Shown here: one piece after another, positions 37,156 through 47,631 of the stretch
How the letters are laid out: each line of letters opens with the position of its first letter
Numbering within the stretch: the stretch's first letter is position 1
Assembly: GCA_963668125.1 (NCBI GenBank)
Contig: OY764215.1
Span: forward strand, 1,858,972-1,922,971
From: Bacteroidaceae bacterium
GTDB lineage: Bacteria; Bacteroidota; Bacteroidia; Bacteroidales; Bacteroidaceae
Length of the DNA stretch: 64,000 nucleotides
Direction of reading: 5' to 3'
Notes under the pieces: generated by a model
The model's input: only the letters and a program-made list of their open reading frames with translations
Told to the model about the DNA's origin: nothing
Databases searched by the model: none
Position numbers and translations under genes: made by a program

Positions 37156-38718
37156 ATGAAAAAAACAACTTTAATCGTTTTAGTATTGCTCTTTTCTTTC
37201 GCTGGAGTTCTCTTTGCTAAGCAACCAGCACCAATAAAAGTAAGAGAAGGATTAATTCAAGGAATTTGTGAAGATGGATTAACTGTTTATAAAGGTGTTC
37301 CGTTTGCAACTCCACCCGTGGGAAATTTACGGTGGCGAGCACCACAACCAGCTGCTAAGTGGGAAGGGGTGAAACAAACCGTACAGTTTGCTCCAGCTCC
37401 TATGCAATATGGAAATCCTCTATCAGGAAAAAGTGAAGATTGTTTGTACATGAATGTCTGGACTCCCACAAAATCAGCTGATGAACGTATTCCGGTGCTT
37501 GTCTGGATTTATGGTGGAGGATTTAGCTTCGGTTCAACTTCTGAGCCTGTTTACGATGGGAAAAAGTTGGCTCATAAAGGTGTTGTTTTGGTAAGTATTG
37601 CCTATCGTGTAGGACAACTTGGTTTTTTGGCGCATCCGGAATTAAGCAGTGAAAGTCCAACGCATACTTCAGGAAACTATGGTTTACTCGATCAGATTGC
37701 TGCTCTTAAATGGATCAAAGCAAATATAGCAGCATTTGGTGGCGACCCTAATAAAATTACTATTTTTGGAGAATCGGCAGGAGCTATTTCTGTTAGTATG
37801 CTATGTGCTTCTCCATTGGCTAAAGGATTGTTTCAGGGAGCAATTTCACAGAGTGGTGGTTCGTTTGGTCCAACACGCCCGACAACATTTCCCGGTGAAA
37901 ATATGAAAACTCTTCAGCAAGCAGAAGCTGATGGGCTTATTTTCGCCCAGAATGCAGGTGCTTCAACTATTGCCGACCTTCGTAAGATGCCGGCAGATAA
38001 GCTTCCTTCAGGTTTTGGATTACCAGGTGGCTGGCCCATTGTAGATGGTTCTGTAATTCCCGATGATCAGTATAAATTGTATGAAGCTGGAAAATTCAAT
38101 GATGTCTCTGTGCTCATTGGTTATAATTCAGACGAAGGTGCAAGCTTCTCACCAGGAAGAACTCCTGAAGAGTATATTGAAGGAGTGAAAAAACGCTACG
38201 GAAAATTTTCCGACGTACTGATAAAAGCCTATCCGGTAGGAGAAAATTCCGTTCCCAAAACTGCACGTGATTTAGCGAGAGATGCAGCATTTGGCTGGCA
38301 TACATGGAGCTGGGCCAGACTTCAAAGTGAAAAAGGCAAATCTAATGTTTATTATTACTATTTTGATCAACATCCCGATTATCCTAAAGATTCACCACGC
38401 TATGGTTATGGATCACCTCACGGGCAGGATGTTGCATATGTTTTCTTAAACTTAGATGCTTCTAATCCGCAAACCACTAAATCGGATCTGGAGATATCAG
38501 AAGCTATGGGAACTTACTGGACTAACTTTGCAAAATATGGTAATCCAAATCCAATTGGAAGTTTGGAATGGCCTGCATTTAATCAAAATAAACCCTCGGT
38601 AATGCATTTTAGTCAAAAAGCATATATTGGTGAGGTTCCAGGTCTGGAATCACTTAAAGTTCTAGACACTTATTTTAATTGGAGAAGAAGTCCGGAGGGT
38701 AATATCTGGGCAAAATAG
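37156..38718 (+). CDS. Type-B carboxylesterase (serine hydrolase; candidate xylan-decoration esterase)
   Basis: The ORF track starts at TTG 37090. ATG 37156 gives the signal peptide MKKTTLIVLVLLFSFAGVLFA. Type-B carboxylesterase signatures: EDCLYMNVW and the nucleophile elbow GESAGA. Confidence 0.85.
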   Translation: MKKTTLIVLVLLFSFAGVLFAKQPAPIKVREGLIQGICEDGLTVYKGVPFATPPVGNLRWRAPQPAAKWEGVKQTVQFAPAPMQYGNPLSGKSEDCLYMNVWTPTKSADERIPVLVWIYGGGFSFGSTSEPVYDGKKLAHKGVVLVSIAYRVGQLGFLAHPELSSESPTHTSGNYGLLDQIAALKWIKANIAAFGGDPNKITIFGESAGAISVSMLCASPLAKGLFQGAISQSGGSFGPTRPTTFPGENMKTLQQAEADGLIFAQNAGASTIADLRKMPADKLPSGFGLPGGWPIVDGSVIPDDQYKLYEAGKFNDVSVLIGYNSDEGASFSPGRTPEEYIEGVKKRYGKFSDVLIKAYPVGENSVPKTARDLARDAAFGWHTWSWARLQSEKGKSNVYYYYFDQHPDYPKDSPRYGYGSPHGQDVAYVFLNLDASNPQTTKSDLEISEAMGTYWTNFAKYGNPNPIGSLEWPAFNQNKPSVMHFSQKAYIGEVPGLESLKVLDTYFNWRRSPEGNIWAK

Positions 38719-38726
38719 AAAGAAAG

Positions 38727-39266
38727 ATGAAAAGAAATTTAATTTATTTGCTGCTCTTACTCTTTTTTGTTTTCGAAAATGTAAAATCCCAAAACATAAA
38801 TTCAGAGAAGAATGATTCTTTATACAAAGACTTCAGAACTGAATTTATTTGGGAAGCGAAAGTGAAAATTGGAAGCATGATAAATGTTGGCGAGAGCAAA
38901 CGAGGTACAAGAAGAATTATTCCAATTATTGGGGGTACCTTTTGTGGACCAAAAATAAAAGGCGAAATTTTGTCTGGAGGTGATGACTGGCAATTGGTTC
39001 GTCCGGATGGTGATACAGAATTATATGCGCGTTATCTCCTGAAAACGAATGATGGATATATATTCCAAGTCATAAATCAGGCATTGATTCATACAGACAA
39101 TAGCGTAAACTCATTTTATTGCAAATCGGTTTTGGATATTGAAGCACCAAACAACAGTCCTTACAATTACCTTAATCATGCTATTTTTCTGGGAACTTTA
39201 ACCATGCCTGATTTAAAACCGGGAGATGAACCGTATGTAATAATCAGAATGTATAAGGTTTTGTAA
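38727..39266 (+). CDS. DUF3237-family small secreted protein (function unknown)
   Basis: 179 aa with signal peptide ending NVKSQ. The core RRIIPIIGGTFCGPKIKGEILSGGDDWQLVRPDGDTELYARYLLKTNDG matches my memory of the DUF3237 pattern. It starts 8 nt after the esterase stop. Confidence 0.6.
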   Translation: MKRNLIYLLLLLFFVFENVKSQNINSEKNDSLYKDFRTEFIWEAKVKIGSMINVGESKRGTRRIIPIIGGTFCGPKIKGEILSGGDDWQLVRPDGDTELYARYLLKTNDGYIFQVINQALIHTDNSVNSFYCKSVLDIEAPNNSPYNYLNHAIFLGTLTMPDLKPGDEPYVIIRMYKVL

Positions 39267-39383
39267 TTAAGAAAAGAGTTTTAAATACTAAATTGAATTA
39301 TCAGATTTGTTTTGTTTCAATTGAAAGAATAAACTTGCATTTAATCTAACTAATAATCAAATAACCATTTATAATATATCCCA

Positions 39384-41309
39384 ATGAAATGTAAGATAAT
39401 AACAGGACTTTTATTTCTCAGTTCATTAGCAGTGTTTCCTCAGAAAATAAAAGTTGTTTCGCCTAATAAAAAGATCGTCATTGGACTTTTTAATACAAAG
39501 AACTCAGAAACAGGTGAATGGTATTTGGGGGTTAAGTATTCGAATAATGATAAAACATGTGAAGTTATTCCGCAAATAACGTTAGGACTTGCTCGCACTG
39601 ATCAGGATTTCTCGAAAGATTTAAAATTTCTGAAGGCTAGTACCCCCATTTTAATTAACGAACAATATTCTGTAGTGCATGGCAAACGATCACAATGCAG
39701 TAATTCAGCAAACGAAGCGATCGTTTCTTTAGAGAATTCCCAAAAATCTAAGTTAAACATTATTCTCAGGGCTTATAATGATGGAATTGCATTCAGATAT
39801 GAATTTCCTGAGAAGAAAGGTTCTTTTGTTGTAAATGATGAACTAACAACCTATTGTATACAGGATAGTACAAAAAGATGGATGGAGAAATTTAACCCGG
39901 CCAACGAAGGTCTTTATACAACAATGAACGACGGGAACATTCAACAAGACTGGGGATATCCTGCGCTTTTTAATATACCTGATAAAGATTGTTGGTATTT
40001 GATCCATGAGGCCGATTTGGGAAGAAATTATTGTGGAACAAAGTTATCCAACACTGCTGAAAAATCGAAATATAAAGTTGTTTTTCCTGATCAATGGAAT
40101 GGAAGAGGACAAGGTGAAACAAAACCAACTATTACCTTTCCATGGAAATCGCCATGGCGTGTAATAGTTATTGGCAACCTTGCTGATATTGTGGAATCTA
40201 CGTTGGTAGATGATGTATCTTCACCTTCAACTATTACCAAGACAGATTGGATTAAGCCAGGCGTAGTATCCTGGAATTACTGGTCGGATAATCACGGAAC
40301 TAAAGACTTCAAAACAGTGTGCAAGTTTGCTGATTTGGCCTCTTCAATGGGATGGCCGTACACTTTGCTTGACTGGGAATGGGATGCCATGGGCAATGGA
40401 GGTAATTTGGAAGATGCTTTAAAGTATATTCATTCATTAGGTATAAAACCTTTAATGTGGTATAACTCAGGAGGAGATCATACCTGGGTTTCTGCAACTC
40501 CAAAAGATAGAATGCTGACCCATGAAAACAGAATGGAAGAGTTTGCCAAACTTAAAAAAATGGGTGTTGCCGGCGTGAAAATTGATTTCTTTGAAAGTGA
40601 AAAACAGAATATGATTAAGTATTATCTTGATATTTTGGACGACGCGGCTAAATTCGAGATGATGGTGTATTTTCATGGTTGTTTGGTTCCTCGTGGTTGG
40701 GCTCGTACATATCCACACTTGATGACTTATGAAGGAGTACGCGGAGCCGAATGGTATAACAATGGACCGGAATTTACCACAACAGCTCCTGAACATAACA
40801 CTATTTTGCCTTTTACACGTAATGTGGTTGGATCTATGGATTATACACCGGTAACATTCACTAATTCCCAATTTCCACATATTACATCATATAGTCATGA
40901 GCTTGCGCTAAGTGTAGTGTTCGAGTCTGGCTTTCAACACATGGCCGACCGTCCGGAGGGTTATTACGATTTGCCCGATGCCGCTAAACATTTTCTGATG
41001 GAAGTTCCCAATGCATGGGATAATACCAAATTAATCGACGGATATCCGGGAAAGGATTTAATTATAGCCCGAAATAAAGGTGATATATGGTATATTGGAG
41101 GTATAAGTGCAGAAAAAAGTCCAAAAATCAAAACTCTGACATTCAATTATTTGCCTGAGTCTGTAAAATACAAACTAACATTAATAGCAGATGGTGAACA
41201 CGATAGGAAACTCGTTACACAATATATGGTTATTGATAAATCGAGTACGGTAAAAGTAAGATTATTGGGTAGGGGTGGTTTTGTTGCTTCTTTGAAACCA
41301 ATTCATTAG
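39384..41309 (+). CDS. GH97-family glycoside hydrolase (alpha-glucosidase/alpha-galactosidase type)
   Basis: Signal peptide. GH97 blocks: WIKPGVVSWNYW, YTLLDWEWD, GVAGVKIDFFE, YFHGCLVPRGWARTYPHLMTYEGVRGAE. Confidence 0.85.
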   Translation: MKCKIITGLLFLSSLAVFPQKIKVVSPNKKIVIGLFNTKNSETGEWYLGVKYSNNDKTCEVIPQITLGLARTDQDFSKDLKFLKASTPILINEQYSVVHGKRSQCSNSANEAIVSLENSQKSKLNIILRAYNDGIAFRYEFPEKKGSFVVNDELTTYCIQDSTKRWMEKFNPANEGLYTTMNDGNIQQDWGYPALFNIPDKDCWYLIHEADLGRNYCGTKLSNTAEKSKYKVVFPDQWNGRGQGETKPTITFPWKSPWRVIVIGNLADIVESTLVDDVSSPSTITKTDWIKPGVVSWNYWSDNHGTKDFKTVCKFADLASSMGWPYTLLDWEWDAMGNGGNLEDALKYIHSLGIKPLMWYNSGGDHTWVSATPKDRMLTHENRMEEFAKLKKMGVAGVKIDFFESEKQNMIKYYLDILDDAAKFEMMVYFHGCLVPRGWARTYPHLMTYEGVRGAEWYNNGPEFTTTAPEHNTILPFTRNVVGSMDYTPVTFTNSQFPHITSYSHELALSVVFESGFQHMADRPEGYYDLPDAAKHFLMEVPNAWDNTKLIDGYPGKDLIIARNKGDIWYIGGISAEKSPKIKTLTFNYLPESVKYKLTLIADGEHDRKLVTQYMVIDKSSTVKVRLLGRGGFVASLKPIH

Positions 41310-41327
41310 TAAATGTGTATATATATT

Positions 41328-43943
41328 ATGAAAAAATCAACACAATTAATTATCAAAAAGGGATTGTTTATTGGAATAACCCTTTTATTCTCAGTAAATT
41401 CCTGGGCTCAGCTGTTGCCTTATAAAAATCCGAATTTAAGTTCTGAAGAGCGTGCTAAAGATCTGATATCTCGCTTAACCTTGAGCGAAAAAGCAACTTT
41501 AATGTGTGATATATCAGATGCTATTCCACGTATGGGAATCAATAAATTTAATTGGTGGAGTGAAGCTTTGCATGGTCTTGCTAACAATGGTAACGTTACA
41601 GTTTTCCCAGAACCAATTGGAATGGCAGCTTCTTTTGATGATGATTTGCTATATCGTATTTTCAATGCAGTTTCGGATGAAACACGAGCTAAATATAATG
41701 AAGCCAGAAAAAACGGTCAGGAAAATGCACGTTTTCTAAGTCTTTCAGTTTGGACACCAAACGTTAATATATTCCGTGATCCACGTTGGGGACGCGGTCA
41801 GGAAACTTATGGCGAAGACCCTTACTTAACTTCACGTATGGGAATTTCTGTTGTAAAAGGTCTTCAAGGTCCTTCAGATGCTAAATACAGAAAACTTTTA
41901 GCGTGTGCCAAGCATTTTGCTGTTCACTCAGGACCAGAATGGAGTCGCCACTCTTTAAATATTAACGATGTTAATCCTCGGGAATTGTGGGAAACATACC
42001 TTCCTGCTTTTAAATCATTGGTTCAGAAAGCTGATGTTCGTCAGGTAATGTGCGCTTATCAGCGTTTGGATGATGAACCTTGTTGTGGAAGCACACAATT
42101 GTTACAACGAATTTTAAGGGATGATTGGGGGTATAAGTATATGGTTGTTTCTGATTGTGGTGCCATATCTGATTTTTATACAAGTCATAAAGTGTCATCA
42201 GATGCTGTTCATGCTGCTTCAAAGGGAGTGTTAGCCGGAACAGATGTAGAATGCCAGTGGTCTGATCATCTTTATAAGCAATTGCCAGAAGCTGTTGCTA
42301 AAGGACTGATTTCAGAAGAAGAAATAAATAAACACTTGTTGAAGGTATTGATTGGACGTTTTGACTTGGGCGAAATGGATGATGATAACCTGGTTTCATG
42401 GTCTAAAATTCCGATGTCTATTGTAAATAACGATGAGCACAGAAAACTAGCCTTAGATATGGCTCTTGAATCAATGACGCTTCTTCAGAATAAAAACAAT
42501 GTACTTCCATTAAATAAATCAAAAAAAATAGCAGTGGTTGGTCCAAATGCTAATGATAAACCTATGCTTTGGGGAAATTATAATGGAACTCCCGTAAGAA
42601 CGATTACAATTTTAGATGGAATTACTTCTAAACTTTCAGCAGATAAGGTCCTTTATGAGAAAGGATGCGATTTGGTTGAGGATAAAGTGACCGAAAGTTA
42701 TTTCTCTCAATGCTCAATTGATGGAAAGAAAGGCTTTAAGGTTAGTTATTGGAATAATAAAGATTTCACAGGTGATGTTGTTGCAACCCAGCAAATTGTA
42801 AATCCTATAAAATTAACGACTGCAGGTCAACATGAATTTGCAACAGGAGTTCGTCTAGAAGGATTTTCAGGTAAATATGAAACAGAATTCACGCCATCTA
42901 AAAGTGAAGAGATTGTATTTAAATGTGGAGCTACTGGATATTTTGAATTGTTTGTGAATGGAGAATCTCTTGCAAAGTATAACAACTGGAGAACTTTGCC
43001 TTCACGAATTCCATTTAAAGTTGAAAGCGGTAAGAAATATAAAATAGAAATTCGTTATGCACAATTAAATAATTGGGAAGCAAATATAGAATTCAATTTA
43101 GGTAAAGAAGTAGGTGTTGATTATACTGACCTGATTAAAAAGCTTCAAGGAACTGATGTTGTGGTATTTGTTGGAGGACTTTCTACACAATTGGAAGGTG
43201 AAGAAATGCCAGTTTCATATCCTGGCTTCAAAGGCGGTGACCGTACCGATATTGAACTTCCCGTGGTACAACGTAACTGCTTAAAAGCATTAAAGCAAGC
43301 AGGAAAAAAAGTGATTTTTGTGAACTGTTCAGGCTCGGCTATTGCTTTGGTTCCTGAAACTGAAAGTTGTGATGCCATTCTTCAGGCTTGGTATGGTGGC
43401 GAGTCGGGAGGTCAGGCTGTAGCAGATGTGCTTTTTGGTGATTATAATCCATCGGGAAAACTGCCAATCACTTTCTACAAAAGCTTGAATCAATTATCCG
43501 ATTTTGAAAATTATTCAATGAAAGGGCGAACTTATCGTTATATGTCCGATCCGTTGTTCCCATTTGGTTTTGGATTGAGTTACACTAATTTCAAAATAGG
43601 GAAAGCCACTGTAGATAAATCAGAAATTAAATCCAACGAAACGGTAAAACTAACAATTCCAGTAACCAATGCAGGAAAAAGGAGTGGAACGGAAATCGTA
43701 CAGGTATACATCCATAAAGTAAATGATATTGAGGGTCCGATTAAAACTTTGCGTGGATTTCAACGTGTAGAGTTAGCTGCTGGCAAATCCGGTCAGGCAA
43801 CTATTGATTTACCACCTTCTGCATTCGAATTCTTTGATTGGGCTCAAAGAAAAATGATGGTTACTTCTGGCGATTACGAAGTTCTATACGGAAATAGTTC
43901 AGATGCTAAAGCGCTAAAAATATTAAAAATAACGATCAAATAA
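41328..43943 (+). CDS. GH3 beta-xylosidase/beta-glucosidase with an inserted PA14-like domain
   Basis: ATG 41328 is preferred over 41313 because it gives the signal peptide MKKSTQLIIKKGLFIGITLLFSVNSWAQ. Blocks: WWSEALHG, FRDPRWGRGQETYGEDP, KHFAVHSGPE, YMVVSDCGAI (nucleophile Asp context), PA14-like insert GFKVSYWNNKDFTGDVV...KYKIEIRY, C-terminal FGFGLSYTNF. Confidence 0.9.
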   Translation: MKKSTQLIIKKGLFIGITLLFSVNSWAQLLPYKNPNLSSEERAKDLISRLTLSEKATLMCDISDAIPRMGINKFNWWSEALHGLANNGNVTVFPEPIGMAASFDDDLLYRIFNAVSDETRAKYNEARKNGQENARFLSLSVWTPNVNIFRDPRWGRGQETYGEDPYLTSRMGISVVKGLQGPSDAKYRKLLACAKHFAVHSGPEWSRHSLNINDVNPRELWETYLPAFKSLVQKADVRQVMCAYQRLDDEPCCGSTQLLQRILRDDWGYKYMVVSDCGAISDFYTSHKVSSDAVHAASKGVLAGTDVECQWSDHLYKQLPEAVAKGLISEEEINKHLLKVLIGRFDLGEMDDDNLVSWSKIPMSIVNNDEHRKLALDMALESMTLLQNKNNVLPLNKSKKIAVVGPNANDKPMLWGNYNGTPVRTITILDGITSKLSADKVLYEKGCDLVEDKVTESYFSQCSIDGKKGFKVSYWNNKDFTGDVVATQQIVNPIKLTTAGQHEFATGVRLEGFSGKYETEFTPSKSEEIVFKCGATGYFELFVNGESLAKYNNWRTLPSRIPFKVESGKKYKIEIRYAQLNNWEANIEFNLGKEVGVDYTDLIKKLQGTDVVVFVGGLSTQLEGEEMPVSYPGFKGGDRTDIELPVVQRNCLKALKQAGKKVIFVNCSGSAIALVPETESCDAILQAWYGGESGGQAVADVLFGDYNPSGKLPITFYKSLNQLSDFENYSMKGRTYRYMSDPLFPFGFGLSYTNFKIGKATVDKSEIKSNETVKLTIPVTNAGKRSGTEIVQVYIHKVNDIEGPIKTLRGFQRVELAAGKSGQATIDLPPSAFEFFDWAQRKMMVTSGDYEVLYGNSSDAKALKILKITIK

Positions 43944-43977
43944 ATTAATTAAGAAGGAAGATGATTCACAACCAAAA

Positions 43978-44036
43978 CTCCAGATGTTGGAGCTGCCAGT
44001 TGCGAACCTCAACTTCTGGAGAAATATCAGTTTTTT
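43978..44036 (+). terminator. Terminator-like hairpin after the GH3 gene
   Basis: ctccagatgttg (43978-43989) pairs with caacttctggag (44010-44021), 11 of 12 pairs. A tttttt run lies at 44031-44036. Confidence 0.45.
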
Positions 44037-44101
44037 ACTGAGTCTAATTTATTTATGTACACTATTAAATTGTTTTTTTAGTAAAATGAAATTAATATAT
44101 A

Positions 44102-45469
44102 ATGAGAAATAAAGTCTTTATCATTGCTTCAATTTTTATGGTTGCAATTAACCTGCTTTTTGCAGGAATGGCACAAAACCCAATCATTCAAACCAAATAT
44201 ACTGCCGATCCGGCTCCTTTAGTGTTCAATGATACGGTATTTCTTTATACAAGTCATGACGAAGATGATGCTTTGGGTTTTAAAATGCAGAATTGGCTTC
44301 TCTACACATCTACCGATATGGTGAATTGGACTGATCACGGAGTTGTGGCCTCGCTGAAAGATTTCAAATGGGTGCCCTACGATAATGGTGCATGGGCTCC
44401 GCAATGTATCAGACGCAAAAATAAGTTTTATATGTATTGTCCCATGCCAAACGGTATAGGGATTGGTGTTCTAGTTTCCGATACTCCTTATGGACCGTTC
44501 AAAGATCCAATTGGAAAACCTCTGATTAAGAATAGTGCACACGATATAGACCCGACTGTGTTGATTGACGACGATGGACAGGCTTATCTTTACTGGGGAA
44601 ATCCCAATCTTTATTATGTGAAGCTGAATGAGGATATGGTTTCTTATTCAGGTGAAATTGTAAATGAACCTACCAAGCCGACTAATTACCAGGAAGGTCC
44701 CTGGGTGTGGAAGCGCAGCGGGCATTATTATCTGGCGTATGCTTCTACTTGTTGTCCAGAAGGTATTGGTTATGCAATGAGTAATTCTCCAACCGGCCCA
44801 TGGGAATATAAAGGTATGATTATGGAAGGAGACGAGCGTTCAAGTGGAAACCATCCTGGAATCATTGACTACAAAGGAAATTCGTATGTGTTAGGCTTCA
44901 ACTATGCCATCATGAAACAAACTCTGAAGAAGCATTATGAAAGACGCTCAATATGCATTGAAAACATAACATACAATGCTGATGGTACCATTCAGAAGCA
45001 ACCATTTTGGTCAGTAACAGGAGTCAAACAACTAGGCACATTAAACCCGTATAATCGTACCGAAGCTGAAACTATAGCTTATAGCGAAGGCTTGAAAACA
45101 GAAGCAGCTACCGAATGGGAACGAAATATATCGTGGGACAAAGGGAGAAAGATTGCAGACAGATTATTCGTCACCTCCATTAACAATAGAGATTACCTGA
45201 AAGTTCAAGGCGTAAATTTTTCTAAAGGGGCAATATCTGTTGATGTAAATGTGGCTTCGCTGAATGGTGGGAAGATTGAAATACATACCGACAAAATTGA
45301 TGGGCCAATGTTGGCGATAATTAATATTAAGACCTCCGGTGAAGGAGATATTTGGAAAACAGTCACTACTCCTGTGAAAAATATTAAAGGGATTCACGAT
45401 TTATACTTCGTATTCAGGGGTGAAAAAAAACTTTTTTATTTCGACTGGTGGAGATTTAATTCTAAATAG
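44102..45469 (+). CDS. GH43 plus CBM6-like module
   Basis: Blocks: YTADPAPLVF, DIDPTVLIDDDGQAYLYWGN, QEGPWVWKRSG. The tail NRTEAETIAYSEG...LFYFDWWRFNSK is CBM6-type. Confidence 0.9.
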   Translation: MRNKVFIIASIFMVAINLLFAGMAQNPIIQTKYTADPAPLVFNDTVFLYTSHDEDDALGFKMQNWLLYTSTDMVNWTDHGVVASLKDFKWVPYDNGAWAPQCIRRKNKFYMYCPMPNGIGIGVLVSDTPYGPFKDPIGKPLIKNSAHDIDPTVLIDDDGQAYLYWGNPNLYYVKLNEDMVSYSGEIVNEPTKPTNYQEGPWVWKRSGHYYLAYASTCCPEGIGYAMSNSPTGPWEYKGMIMEGDERSSGNHPGIIDYKGNSYVLGFNYAIMKQTLKKHYERRSICIENITYNADGTIQKQPFWSVTGVKQLGTLNPYNRTEAETIAYSEGLKTEAATEWERNISWDKGRKIADRLFVTSINNRDYLKVQGVNFSKGAISVDVNVASLNGGKIEIHTDKIDGPMLAIINIKTSGEGDIWKTVTTPVKNIKGIHDLYFVFRGEKKLFYFDWWRFNSK

Positions 45470-45543
45470 CATATAAAAGAATTCAATTATCAATTTAAAT
45501 ATTGAAAATCAAAAAATAATAATATCCAAATAAAACGGAATTA

Positions 45544-47586
45544 ATGAAAATAGCAAATAACATTAAATTGGCAGTCACTGCAGGGCTCTTTATTTTATTC
45601 AGTATGATGGGTGTCGAACATTTATCTGCTCAAACGGTATGGCTTGATCAATTAGATCTCAGTGCTGCTACCCAGGGTTTCGGTACACCGAATAAGAATA
45701 AATCTGTTGATGGTAAAGTAATCACAATTGGAGGAAAAACTTTCGAACGCGGTTTTGGTACTCATGCTGAAAGTTCGTTGTTGATTCTACTTAATGGGAA
45801 AGCGAGTGAGTTTACAGCTCAGGTTGGTATTGACGACGAAGTAGAAGGTCGTCAGCCAGCAGTCGAATTTATTATAATTGGCGATGGTAAAAAACTATGG
45901 TCGAGCGGTGTGATTCATTTAGGAGATGCCGCCAAACCTTGTTCGGTGAAACTCGCAGGAATACAGAAGCTTGAATTAGTAGTGACTGACGGAGGCAATG
46001 GTAATTACTACGACCATGCCGATTGGGCTGATGCTAAATTTGAGACTACGGGTGTAACTACTTTAAATACATATAGTCCGGTGCCAAATGAACCATACAT
46101 CTTAACTCCTCTGCCTTCTGCCAAACCAAGAATTAATAGTTCAAAAGTATTTGGAGTACGTCCGGGGTCACCTTTTCAATATCTTGTTGCAGCAACGGGC
46201 GACCGTCCCATGACTTTTTCGGCTTCTGGTTTACCTAAGGGGTTAAAGATTAACTCGAAAACAGGTCTTATTACGGGTTTACTTTCTAAAGCTGGAACAT
46301 TTGAGGTTACTCTGGGTGCTAAAAATGCTAAAGGCAAGGCAGAAAAAAAGCTACGTATTGTTTGTGGCGACCGAATTGCGCTCACTCCACCAATGGGTTG
46401 GAACAGTTGGAACTGCTTTGCCAACGAAGTTTCGGCCGATAAGGTAAAACGTGCTGTTAATGCAATGGTGAAAAGTGGGCTTATCAATCACGGATGGACA
46501 TATATTAATATTGACGATTTTTGGGAAAACCATCGCGACTCAAAAGATCAGACGTTGCGTGGCAAGTTGCGCGATGAGGCTGGTAATATAATTCCCAATT
46601 CCCGATTTGGAGATATGAAAGCCCTTGCCGATTATGTGCATGGCCAGGGATTAAAAATAGGACTTTACTCAAGCCCAGGGCCTTGGACATGTGGTGGTAG
46701 CGCCGGTAGTTATGGTTACGAAAAACAAGATGCCGAAAGTTATGCCAAATGGGGCTTCGACTACTTGAAATACGATTGGTGCAGTTATGGAAATGTAATT
46801 GATGGTTTGCCTGAAAATGATCCATATAAAGTGTCGTCTTTGTCGTATAATGGTGGTAGTGAATTGAATACCGCCATGAAACCATATAAGCTTATGGGCG
46901 ATTATCTTCGCCAGCAGAGTCGTGACATTGTTTATAGCGTATGTCAGTACGGGATGTCAGACGTATGGAAATGGGGTGATTCTGTTGGAGGAAATTGTTG
47001 GAGAACAACGAATGATATTACTGATACTTGGACTAGCGTGAAAAATATTGCCCTTGACCAAGATAAATCGGCTCCTTATGCCAAGCCTGGAAACTGGAAC
47101 GATCCTGATATGCTAGTTATTGGTACTGTGGGGTGGGGGAATCCACACTTAAGCAAGCTTAAACCGGATGAACAATATCTTCATGTTAGTCTTTGGAGTC
47201 TTTTCTCCGCACCACTTCTTATTGGTTGTGACATGGAGAAACTAGATGATTTCTCATTAAATTTACTAACTAATGATGAAGTTATCGAAGTCAACCAAGA
47301 TCCGCTTGGTAAGCAGGCAACTTGTAAACAGACAATTGGTGATTTGCGTATTTGTGAAAAGGAACTGGAAGATGGTAGCCATGCCGTTGGTTTCTGCAAT
47401 TTTGGTCTTGATGTAGTGGATATATCCTACAAGGATTTCGAAAAACTTGGTCTTAATGGACAATATAAAGTGCGCGATCTTTGGCGACAGAAAGATATCA
47501 GTAACATCGAAACCAAAACAGGTGAACTAAAACTTAAAGTGCCTGCACATGGAGTAGTTCTTTATAAATTTTCGCCCGTTAAATAA
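45544..47586 (+). CDS. GH27 alpha-galactosidase-type hydrolase with an N-terminal NPCBM-like module and an Ig-like linker
   Basis: The NPCBM-like N-terminus reads WLDQLDLSAATQGFGTPNKNKSVDGKVITIGGKTFERGFGTHAES...VGIDDEV. The Ig-like segment is SASGLPKGLKINSKTGLITG. GH27 core blocks: PPMGWNSWNCF, YINIDDFW, FDYLKYDWC, CWRTTNDI. Confidence 0.88.
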   Translation: MKIANNIKLAVTAGLFILFSMMGVEHLSAQTVWLDQLDLSAATQGFGTPNKNKSVDGKVITIGGKTFERGFGTHAESSLLILLNGKASEFTAQVGIDDEVEGRQPAVEFIIIGDGKKLWSSGVIHLGDAAKPCSVKLAGIQKLELVVTDGGNGNYYDHADWADAKFETTGVTTLNTYSPVPNEPYILTPLPSAKPRINSSKVFGVRPGSPFQYLVAATGDRPMTFSASGLPKGLKINSKTGLITGLLSKAGTFEVTLGAKNAKGKAEKKLRIVCGDRIALTPPMGWNSWNCFANEVSADKVKRAVNAMVKSGLINHGWTYINIDDFWENHRDSKDQTLRGKLRDEAGNIIPNSRFGDMKALADYVHGQGLKIGLYSSPGPWTCGGSAGSYGYEKQDAESYAKWGFDYLKYDWCSYGNVIDGLPENDPYKVSSLSYNGGSELNTAMKPYKLMGDYLRQQSRDIVYSVCQYGMSDVWKWGDSVGGNCWRTTNDITDTWTSVKNIALDQDKSAPYAKPGNWNDPDMLVIGTVGWGNPHLSKLKPDEQYLHVSLWSLFSAPLLIGCDMEKLDDFSLNLLTNDEVIEVNQDPLGKQATCKQTIGDLRICEKELEDGSHAVGFCNFGLDVVDISYKDFEKLGLNGQYKVRDLWRQKDISNIETKTGELKLKVPAHGVVLYKFSPVK

Positions 47587-47631
47587 ACTTTTAATGTATA
47601 AATAGATTTGAATATAAAATTTATTTTTGAA

